DNA of 17,142 bases from Ascoidea asiatica JCM 7603. Taxonomy: Eukaryota > Fungi > Ascomycota. The notes beneath the pieces are model-generated. The model was not told where the DNA came from and did no database searches. It worked only from the letters and a program-made list of their open reading frames with translations. Both the position numbers and the translations under genes were made by a program. The stretch is from the NCBI GenBank assembly GCA_001600695.1, contig BCKQ01000002.1:2026640-2043781 (forward strand), in the 5' to 3' direction. This document shows, piece after piece, positions 1-8,718 of the stretch (the stretch's first letter is position 1; each line of letters starts with the position of its first letter).

Positions 1-1570
1 CGAGTTTTATATTTACTTTTTTACATGTATTAATACATAATATTTATTATTAATCTAATTATAATATTGACATCATTTTTCATTAACCTTGATAATTTTC
101 AGACGAAAACAACTTAATTTATTCCGTTATGTCTCAAGAATCTCAACAAAATCGTTATCCAAGCTTATAATCTATTCTGCATTTACCAGTAACTTGATTG
201 GAATTTTCATTCTTATCTACTACTTTCCTTGTAATTTGTTTATCTACTAGTATTAGAATTATATTCCAAAATTTTATTTATTTACTGTTTTTTTTGATAG
301 ATTTTCTCCTCTGGGATTGAAATGATTATTCATTGGGTTAAATGATTATCTCATATTTTTCTGCATTCAAGAAAACACTTTCGTAGAATAGTGAAATCCT
401 TTAGAATGAAAATTTCCGACATTAACATGCACTTCTATTCTTCAGTTAAAGGTATGATTTTTTATCTGACTTGGCAATTCAAGCTTCCTCAATTATTATA
501 GAAACATAAACTGCTTTGTCCATGCTTTCAGAATTACTGTATTTGTTCAAAGGTCGTCAGACAATTTTCTACTTTTATTAAATTTTTGTCTTTGAGTTCA
601 AATTTTTAATTACACCAGATTGAAATGTAATAAAATTAAAGTAATCTTTTGTTTCATTTCAAAGGAAGCTTTCATACTATCCCACATGTTTCTTTGACAA
701 GAAACTTTATAAGTTTATCCATTTCTTTGATCGAAAAAGTAAGGTTTTTTCGCGAAAATTTGATTTTAATAATATTATATTGAATACTTCTAATTAAATT
801 TCCTAAAATTGAGTAGAACTTTTGTTTTTTTTCAAAAAAAAATTAGAAAGAAAAACCACGTTTTATCCAACTTTAGCTTACTTCACTTTATTATCCTCAT
901 AAACAGTTTATTTTTTTCTCTTCCAAAAAATGTGGTCCCTAATTCTTTTAGTTTCTTTTCTTTTTTCTATTAGCTATTTGTTTTTAAAAGATACATCTCA
1001 AATAGGAATTTCAATTCATTTTTCTAGTTAATTGACCTTTTTTCACTAACTAGTTTTATTGATCTAAAATTCTAGTATCAAAAAATGATCTCACATTATG
1101 TATAGAACTTGAAAATCAATTTCCCCAAGTACCAGAATTAAATGAATAAAAAAAATCAAACCAATTAAATAGTATAAACTTAACTAGTTCAATAAATTCG
1201 ATAAATAAATTAAAGATACTCATATTTCTTGAAATAGTGTGCATCCTTTTCTAATTTGAATCTTATCACATTATTATACAAAATCGATAGGCAAACAATA
1301 GTCAAAAAAATTCTAAATTTTATTACATGGCTTATTAAATGTTAAAAATAACATTCACTCTCATTTTAAGAGCTCTATCCCCGGGTAGTTTCTTATCAAG
1401 CCTATTTGATTCTTCTACTGGCAACCAATTACAGTATTATCTTTCTTCAAATCGAAGCAATAACTTTTGTAGATGTAAGCATTCATTGAATCTTGATATT
1501 TATGAAATACGTTATTTCTTCATTTCCATCAAGCATTCTTCTGAAGAAATAATCTGAAAATAGAATTTTT

Positions 1571-1787
1571 CGGTCTTTCAATCTAATTATTAATGATAAA
1601 TATCTTTTTCACATTGAATAAATTGAAAACTTTAATCAAATTCTTTGAGGAAATAATTCATTTAATTATCAGTGATGTAATTTTTACGGAAAAAAAAGTC
1701 GGCTTCTCGGTCTTTTTATCTTTTCTTCAAAAGTTGTCCTCAATTGTACGGAAAATCGCTTCAAAATACTCATTGCTGTATTCTCGG
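1571..1787 (+). promoter_or_regulatory. Cluster of CGG half-sites (putative Zn2Cys6 factor sites) upstream of the GH3 gene
   Basis: CGG at 1571, 1687, 1700, 1708, 1749 and 1785, all on the same strand in very AT-rich DNA. Confidence 0.5.
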
Positions 1788-2087
1788 CAAAATTGTTAAC
1801 TAAATTGTTTAGTTTTTCAGTCATTATTTGAATAAAGCGACCTTATATTTAAACTCATTTTCTTTTAACATTTCAAAGATGAAATTTTTGGCACTCATCA
1901 ACAAAGATCAAAAAAAACAAAGCAAAAAAACTCTTTTCAAAAGATTCCGATAATAAAGTGGTTTCCTGGTTTCGTGGTTTCAATGTAATTCAAAAACGTT
2001 TTGTTAGTTTTCTGTAAATCCAACAAAGCAATTACTAAATAACTACAGACACCTTATGATATACTCCTTCCATTATACTAGACAATA

Positions 2088-4625
2088 ATGAACAAGTTTA
2101 ATTTAAATGAAGAACTTATAGATAATATTGTTGATCAGTTAAGTCTAGAAGAGAAGAGCAATTTGATTGCAGGCATAGACTATTGGCACACTTTTCCTGT
2201 TCATAGATTAGGGTTGCCTTCCATTAGATTTACAAATGGTCCAAATGGTGTAGGAAGTACAAAATTTTACAACAGTGTACCATCAGCTTGTTTGCCATGT
2301 GGAACTTCTTTAGGTTCTACTTTTAACAAAGAGATAATTCGGGAAGCTGGAAATCTCATTGCAATTGAAGCTTTTCACAAAGGCTCCCATCTTGTCTTAG
2401 GGCCTACTGTTAATATACAGAGAGGTCCAAATGGCGGTAGAGGATTTGAATCCTATAGTGAAGATCCATTTTTATCTGGGCTAATAGCGTCTGAATTCAT
2501 TAATGGAATTCAGTCCAAAGGTATTATGGCAACAATTAAGCATTTTGCTTGTAATGATTTTGAGGATGATAGGTACAGGGTTAATGCAATTGTATCCGAA
2601 AGAGCTTTAAGGGAAATTTATTTAAAACCGTTTCAAATAGTTTTAAAATATTCAAGCCCACAAGCTTTAATGACAGCTTATAATAGAGTTAATGGTATCC
2701 ATTGTTCTCAAAATAAACATCTTTTAGTTGATATTTTAAAGGAGGAATGGAAATATGATGGTACAATAATGTCAGATTGGTGTGGGTGTTATGATTTAAA
2801 GGAATCTATAACTAATGGACTAGATCTTGAAATGCCAGGAAAACCCTGGATAAGAATTCCATCACTCGTGGTTAATGCTATTAAAACAAAAGAGATTTCA
2901 ATTTCCGATCTCAATAAAAGAGTGAAAAGTATTGTTAAACTCATTAAAAGAGCAGCGACTGATAAAATCAAAGAGAATTCAAAAGAAGATGCTGGAAACA
3001 ATTCAATCCAAACTTCCAATTTTTTGAGGAAATTGGCAAATGAAGGAACAGTTCTATTAAAAAATAAAGATAATATTTTACCTTTAAGGAAAAATATTGG
3101 TTCAATAGCTGTTGTTGGGCCCAATGCCAAAATATCATCTTATTGTGGAGGAGGATCAGACGCATTGAGACCTTACTATAGATCCACACCTTTTGAGGGA
3201 ATTTACCAAAAATTCGATGAAAATCATAAACCATTATATTCCCTTGGTTGTTATTCTCATAAATTGCAACCCACTTTGAGCGGAAGAGTAAGAAATCCTA
3301 TTAATGGTAATAAGGGATTCAATGCTAAATTTTTCTATAAATCTAGTGATTACCCCTTAAAGGAACGTGAATTTTTCTACGAAAGTAATTTATTTGAATC
3401 TTTCAATTCTTTTCGAGATTTTAAAATTCCAAAACATGAAGTTTTTTATACTGATGTTATTGGATACTTCACTCCCAACGAGGATGGAATTTATAACTTT
3501 GGTTTGGTTGTTAATGGCACTGGATTATTATACGTAAATAACAATTTAGTGGTAGATAATAAGAAAAATCAGATAGTTGGTGACTCCTTTTCAGGAGCAG
3601 GCACTGTTGAAAAAATTGGGTCAATTGAATTAAAAAAGAATGAAGAATATGAGATCAAACTTCTATTGGGAAGTGGAGCAACTGCTAACTATCCAAGACA
3701 ACTTGACGATTTTGGTAATAATGTTGGGGGCTTCAATCTTGGATGTTCAAAAAAAATCAATGAAGAAGAAGAAATTGAAAAAGCTTGTAATGTAGCAAAA
3801 TCTGCTGATAAAGTTGTTATTGTGGTTGGAATAACTGAAGAATGGGAATCTGAGAGCTTTGATAGAAAAACACTAAATTATCCTGGAAAAACAAATGAAT
3901 TAATATCTAGAATATGTAAAAGTAATCCTCAAGTTATTATTGTTAATCAATCAGGAACTCCGATGGAAATTCCATGTGTAGATGAGGTTAAAGGGATAAT
4001 TCAAACTTGGTATGGTGGAATTGAACTAGGAAATTCAATTGCAGATATTTTATTTGGTGATTATAATCCTTCTGGTAAATTATCATTGTCTTTTCCAAAA
4101 AAAATGGAGGACAATCCAGCTTATCTAAACTTCCAATCCACAAATGGTGATTGTATTTATGGGGAAGATATATTTGTGGGCTATAAATACTATGAAAAGC
4201 TTAGCCGAGAAATATTGTTTCCGTTTGGTTTTGGATTATCCTATAGTAAGTTTACATTTAGTAATTTGGTAACAAAAGTTAATTCTAAGTTTAATAGCAT
4301 TTTGGTTTCTCTTAAGGTTGCAAATATAAGTAAAATAGATGGGGCTGAAGTTGTTCAGATATATATTGGTAATAATGAGTCTGATATTATTAAACCCATT
4401 AAAGAATTAAGAAACTTTACAAAAAATTTCATCAAAGCTGGTGAAAGTAAGGTTGTTGAGAAAAATCTAGATTATAAATATTCATTGTCATATTGGAATA
4501 ATGATCAAGAGAAATGGACTGTGGAAAAAGGTAAGTATGAGATATTGATTGGAAACAGCTCAGATAATATTTTATTAAGTCAAACAATTATAGTAGAACA
4601 GGAAATAAACTGGTTAGGTTTATAA
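2088..4625 (+). CDS. GH3 beta-glucosidase-like protein, cytosolic, PA14- and FnIII-containing (Kluyveromyces BglI type), 845 aa
   Basis: GH3 motifs GGRGFESYSEDP, KHFACND, SERALREIYL, MTAYNRVNG, nucleophile motif IMSDW (D230), VLLKN, GGGS, acid/base region WESESFDR, YGEDIFVGYKYY, FPFGFGLSY and C-terminal FnIII GAEVVQIY...KELRNF. A PA14-like insert (FTPNEDGIYNFGLVVNGTGLLYVNNNLVVDN) is present. No signal peptide. Confidence 0.95.
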   Translation: MNKFNLNEELIDNIVDQLSLEEKSNLIAGIDYWHTFPVHRLGLPSIRFTNGPNGVGSTKFYNSVPSACLPCGTSLGSTFNKEIIREAGNLIAIEAFHKGSHLVLGPTVNIQRGPNGGRGFESYSEDPFLSGLIASEFINGIQSKGIMATIKHFACNDFEDDRYRVNAIVSERALREIYLKPFQIVLKYSSPQALMTAYNRVNGIHCSQNKHLLVDILKEEWKYDGTIMSDWCGCYDLKESITNGLDLEMPGKPWIRIPSLVVNAIKTKEISISDLNKRVKSIVKLIKRAATDKIKENSKEDAGNNSIQTSNFLRKLANEGTVLLKNKDNILPLRKNIGSIAVVGPNAKISSYCGGGSDALRPYYRSTPFEGIYQKFDENHKPLYSLGCYSHKLQPTLSGRVRNPINGNKGFNAKFFYKSSDYPLKEREFFYESNLFESFNSFRDFKIPKHEVFYTDVIGYFTPNEDGIYNFGLVVNGTGLLYVNNNLVVDNKKNQIVGDSFSGAGTVEKIGSIELKKNEEYEIKLLLGSGATANYPRQLDDFGNNVGGFNLGCSKKINEEEEIEKACNVAKSADKVVIVVGITEEWESESFDRKTLNYPGKTNELISRICKSNPQVIIVNQSGTPMEIPCVDEVKGIIQTWYGGIELGNSIADILFGDYNPSGKLSLSFPKKMEDNPAYLNFQSTNGDCIYGEDIFVGYKYYEKLSREILFPFGFGLSYSKFTFSNLVTKVNSKFNSILVSLKVANISKIDGAEVVQIYIGNNESDIIKPIKELRNFTKNFIKAGESKVVEKNLDYKYSLSYWNNDQEKWTVEKGKYEILIGNSSDNILLSQTIIVEQEINWLGL

Positions 4626-4849
4626 ACAAATTTAATAAATTAATAAAAAAAAACCCAGTTACTATTTACATTTATTGCTAACAACTTCTTAATATATCAA
4701 AAAAAATTTGAAGAGTAAAGTCTCACATTCAATCATACTTAATAGCATACCAACAAAGCATAATATAATTGAATTACGTTGCAATTAGTAGTTTTTTTAT
4801 TTGTACAGCCTTTGAATAAAGATTCCTATCTTCAAGTAACAGATTTATA

Positions 4850-6826
4850 TTACACAGGTGGCATATTGGCTTGAAAAATTGAATCACGAATTTGAGAATG
4901 TACAGCTTCTAATGTTTCATTATCCCTTTCACTATTACTCAAATCAAATATATCAATAAATCCAAAATTCCCGATATTTAAATCACTTAGCTTTTCTTTG
5001 AATTTTTCGTTGAGAGAGTTTCCATTATATTGAAAATCTAAATTAATTAGTTTATTAGAAGTCAATTGCTTTTCATTTGTATATATCCTTATGAATTCAT
5101 TTAAATGTGTATCCATAAATTCAGGTAAGGAAGTAGCTTTTGAAGTAACTTGACAAGCATCTATTACTTGATTACAATAACTTATGAACATTAAACAATA
5201 GTTTTGTGGCTTTGTATGAGAAATTTCACCTACTTCTTCAGCAACGGCATTATCAGCGTACTTAGTTGAATTGGATTGCTGATTGTCATTTGTAATAGTA
5301 TTACTTTTTTGTGTTTCATTGCTAGCAATTTCTGAATTTTCAGAAAGCTGATTTTTCTCTTTCTCAGAACTAAGATTTTTTGCTATTTCAGTATCTTTTA
5401 CCATTTCAACGTCAGGAATCTCCAAAACTTCAACGTCTTTTTCCTCGATTCCACTTTTATCTTTTTCTTCAATTTCTCTTTTGTTTTTTCCATCAACTTC
5501 CCCTTTGTCACCCCCAATTTTGTTTTTTGCTTCCATTCGAAGAGCTTTTTGCAAAAGCCTTTTTTCCAAATGTTTTTGCTGGAGCATTTTTATATTTTCT
5601 AAGGTATCTAAATGTGCATAAATTGGACGTTTTTGAGCCCTCCATGATAAATGGGAAACGCTAGAAAACATATCAATAATAAATTCGCTATTTTCAAAAA
5701 ATAAAATTTTTTCTTCTTTTTCTTTGAGAAAAGAGAGCAAATTATTAGGAAAAATTCTAGACATGAAATCTAAAAAAAATGGATAAAATGGTTTCTCTTC
5801 AGAGACAGAGTATTTGAAAATAACAGATTCAAATGATATTATAAATGGATCAATTTCTTTACTTAATTCCTCTTTATTATTGCTTTTATCATTATTTATA
5901 TAATTATCGTCTTTAGTTTCAATAATATTGTTTTTATTTTCAGGATGAGTGTTGACATTTGTACTTTCCTTATTATTCATGTTCTGACCATTATTATTGA
6001 TCTTATTAAAAAGATTATTTTCATTCTCAACGCTTTTCATCATACTAGTATCAGTCTCTTTACTATTATTTTCATTATTAATATTTTTATTATTATTATT
6101 TTTAGAATCCCGAAGAAAAAATGAAACCAATGGAAAGGATAAACCAGAATAAATGGATGAGTCAGTTGATTTTAGTTTATTCATTTTCAAAGTTGCTCTA
6201 TAAACTGTTTTCATTTCATCAAATTTTATATTCAAAAATCTTGGAAAGCCTGTTTTTGTTTGAGTTTCAATTGGATTTGGAATCTCTGGAACCTCTGAAC
6301 TCTTTGAAGTCCTTCGAACCCTTGGAAGTTTTTTAAATGAGAAAAACGAAACAGCAGATGTACTTTTAAAAATTACATCAATAAGAAGATTATTATCTTT
6401 AACATGAGACTGGGTGTTATAAATATTGGAAAGGGTAATTGAAGGATCTTTAGTAGGTAATTTACATCCATGAAAATAAAATTCAATTATAGAATCATTA
6501 TTATAATCTTTAACTCGAATGTATTTAACATATTCAACCACGATGTTAACAAACGGACAATCATTTTCAACATTTACAAACTGAACTTGTGGTGTCAATG
6601 CATCATTTATAACACAGAAAGTAAAAGTCATTTGTTTCCTTTTAGGCATGCTCACATTATTAATTTTTTCTCCATTTTCATCTTTATTGTTATTTTGGTT
6701 TTTATTATCAAGGATGCCATTATTGGTCAAACTATTATCGACAGGATTGTTTAAATTTAAGTTTGGATTTAAATCTTCATTTTTTTCATTAGTCTCAGTA
6801 TCATTAATATCAATTGCAGTATCCAT
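4850..6826 (-). CDS. 658-aa protein with 2-3 predicted SUMO/ubiquitin-like (beta-grasp) domains separated by Asn/Glu/Lys-rich linkers; candidate Esc2/Rad60 (RENi) family member
   Basis: Long ATG-TAA ORF. Segments aa ~66-154 (PFVNIVVEY...IEFYFHGCKL...TLSNI...LIDVIF) and aa ~542-628 (LDFQYNGNSL...KLSDLNIGNFGFIDIF) resemble the SUMO pattern F.F.G..I...T..DL.+.D.D.I++. A weaker third segment is at aa ~327-407. Coding status is confident; the family assignment is inference. Confidence 0.55.
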   Translation of the reverse strand: MDTAIDINDTETNEKNEDLNPNLNLNNPVDNSLTNNGILDNKNQNNNKDENGEKINNVSMPKRKQMTFTFCVINDALTPQVQFVNVENDCPFVNIVVEYVKYIRVKDYNNDSIIEFYFHGCKLPTKDPSITLSNIYNTQSHVKDNNLLIDVIFKSTSAVSFFSFKKLPRVRRTSKSSEVPEIPNPIETQTKTGFPRFLNIKFDEMKTVYRATLKMNKLKSTDSSIYSGLSFPLVSFFLRDSKNNNNKNINNENNSKETDTSMMKSVENENNLFNKINNNGQNMNNKESTNVNTHPENKNNIIETKDDNYINNDKSNNKEELSKEIDPFIISFESVIFKYSVSEEKPFYPFFLDFMSRIFPNNLLSFLKEKEEKILFFENSEFIIDMFSSVSHLSWRAQKRPIYAHLDTLENIKMLQQKHLEKRLLQKALRMEAKNKIGGDKGEVDGKNKREIEEKDKSGIEEKDVEVLEIPDVEMVKDTEIAKNLSSEKEKNQLSENSEIASNETQKSNTITNDNQQSNSTKYADNAVAEEVGEISHTKPQNYCLMFISYCNQVIDACQVTSKATSLPEFMDTHLNEFIRIYTNEKQLTSNKLINLDFQYNGNSLNEKFKEKLSDLNIGNFGFIDIFDLSNSERDNETLEAVHSQIRDSIFQANMPPV

Positions 6827-6962
6827 TCTTCCAGTGAAAAATAACTAAATTTAAGAATTGCAACTTTTTTTTGAATTGAATTGAATTATGTTTATTTGAA
6901 TCTGATATTTAAATTAAAAAGGTAAATATTAGCCTAAAGCCATAAAAAATTTGCACTTTATG

Positions 6963-6976
6963 TAATCACGTGATTA
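6963..6976. promoter_or_regulatory. Cbf1/bHLH-type E-box in the ~340-bp divergent promoter
   Basis: Perfect 14-bp palindrome TAATCACGTGATTA containing RTCACGTG on both strands, between the ATGs at 6826 (-) and 7166 (+). Confidence 0.65.
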
Positions 6977-7165
6977 AAACCCAGATCTGGTATTTTGTTC
7001 AGTGTTACGAAATATAATCGGAAGGAGAGCAAAGAGCAGCAATAATTAATGAAAAAAATAAAGAAGAAATAGAGAATAACCAAAAGAATCTAAAGAAGTA
7101 AAATAAGCAAAATAAATAACAGTCATTAGCAAAAGCAAAGTTGCTGGTAAGAATTGAGAAAAATA

Positions 7166-8023
7166 ATGTCAGAATCAGATTTGGTAAGCACCAATTCTAA
7201 AGCTAATTCATCTTTCATCTCAACGGAATACATAAATAATGAATCAGCTAAGGATCTAAACAAGAATACAAATAATACTTCAAATAATAATCTAAATGGG
7301 TTTAACTTTCCTTCAATTTATAATTATCCACCCTTTTTCACAAGACAACCAAATAATTCTATTTGGAATTCACAATTAAATAATTGGCAACAATTGATAA
7401 TCAATTATTGTAAATTTTATAAGATTTGGATAATTAATTCTGAAGGTAAAATAATATCCAAGGGTAATATATCATCTTCATTAGATGATATCATAACTGA
7501 TGATGAATTTAATCAAAATCAATTCAGTAATTTGAATGATTTAAATTCAAAAGAAGATGTTAATGCTGATTTTGGTGAAGAATTATTTCATAATAAAGTT
7601 ATAAATAGGAAATTGAATTATGATACATTAATTGAAATATTTAATAATATGTTAATTAGTGGAGGATTAGAGGTTTATAATAATGATATACTAAATAACT
7701 ATTATAAGATATCAGTTGATAGTAGTAAAAATAAAAATAAATCGAAAACAAATACAAAGTTAAAACTAAATAATTATATAATTTATTGGAGAAAACCAGA
7801 AGAATGGGCAGAATTAATTTTGGATTGGGTTATAAAAACAGGAAATTCAAATTCTATATTAACATTATATGAAATTACTTCAAATTCAGCCAATAAAAAT
7901 TATGAATTTTATGGTCTACATCCTTTTATTTTAATTAAATCATTGACTGTTTTAAGTGAAGATAATAGAGCAAGTTTTATTAAAGATGATAATGGAACAA
8001 TTGTTGGTGTGAAAATTGTTTGA
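7166..8023 (+). CDS. VPS25: ESCRT-II subunit Vps25 (285 aa from the first ATG)
   Basis: FPSIYNYPPFFTRQPN (the Vps25 PPxY-type N-terminal motifs), QLNNWQQLIINYCK, LFHNKVINRKL, IYWRKPEEWAELILDWV..TG..NSILTLYEI and terminal GVKIV. The ORF track starts at TTG 7154; the first ATG is at 7166. Confidence 0.93.
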   Translation: MSESDLVSTNSKANSSFISTEYINNESAKDLNKNTNNTSNNNLNGFNFPSIYNYPPFFTRQPNNSIWNSQLNNWQQLIINYCKFYKIWIINSEGKIISKGNISSSLDDIITDDEFNQNQFSNLNDLNSKEDVNADFGEELFHNKVINRKLNYDTLIEIFNNMLISGGLEVYNNDILNNYYKISVDSSKNKNKSKTNTKLKLNNYIIYWRKPEEWAELILDWVIKTGNSNSILTLYEITSNSANKNYEFYGLHPFILIKSLTVLSEDNRASFIKDDNGTIVGVKIV

Positions 8024-8345
8024 ATGTGGCTATGAAATTAATAAAATGCAATAGAAACAATACAATATAGTATGTCAATAAAAATCACCAGTTACTCTTT
8101 CGTTGAGAAGCCAAGCCTCTCAATCCTCTCAGATTATACAGAAAAGAAACAAATCAAATCAACTCCAGACTAGAATACTTGGGTTGAAACAAGTAAAATC
8201 AGTATCAATCGTTATTGAAAGCTCTTTATTCTTCATTGTGAAGCTAAAGTTATTCAAAGCTGTTTACCAGTTTACCAGTTGGCGTTACTGTCTGTAATAG
8301 TTATTGTAGTAAATATACGATGCCACTGGTGCACTTTTTCAGCAA

Positions 8346-8505
8346 TAAAAAGCTGGGTGGCTCCCGCACCTGCTTCCGATCGCAGGAAACGTGGGAAAAA
8401 CAAGCTTTTTAGAGATTAAAGGCTTGGCATGTAAACATTTATATTATTCGCTACCCAATGAAATAATTGAGTGAGAGACTAAGGGGTTTCCAGGAAATGT
8501 TCATG
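8346..8505 (+). other. GC-rich two-hairpin element, candidate structured ncRNA
   Basis: Nested stems TAAAAAGCT/AGCTTTTTA, TCCCGC/GTGGGA and CCTGC/GCAGG, then AGATTA, then a second weaker hairpin. No family recognised. Confidence 0.3.
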
Positions 8506-8718
8506 ATTTTCAAAAAAAAAAAATGAATCAGGAGCATTTATTGGAATAGGAATAGGGAAATAGAGAAGAATTGTAATTTCAGAAAACTTTCAAGATTTTG
8601 TTCTTATAAATTGAACAGATATCTTTATTGAAATTTTCTTTCTCATTAATTTTGTTTTAAAAATCTTTTTATAATACTATCTTTTAAAAATTCAATCTAA
8701 AAAAACACAATTTCTAAG

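Noticed and set aside
747-758. TTTTCGCGAAAA palindrome (SCB-like)
   Set aside because: A single site about 1.3 kb from the nearest identified ATG, with no assignable target.
739-1053. Possible intron (GTAAGG...CACTAACTAG)
   Set aside because: Non-consensus signals and no flanking exons that make a credible protein.
1339-1799. ORFs 1339-1557 and 1593-1799 (likewise 8103-8297, 15194-15382 and 16717-16902)
   Set aside because: Short, without domain signal, and overlapping promoter-like DNA or antisense to the retroelement; expected by chance.
6965-7100. Point centromere (CDEI-like ATCACGTG)
   Set aside because: No correctly spaced and oriented CDEII/CDEIII, and the site lies in a short divergent promoter.
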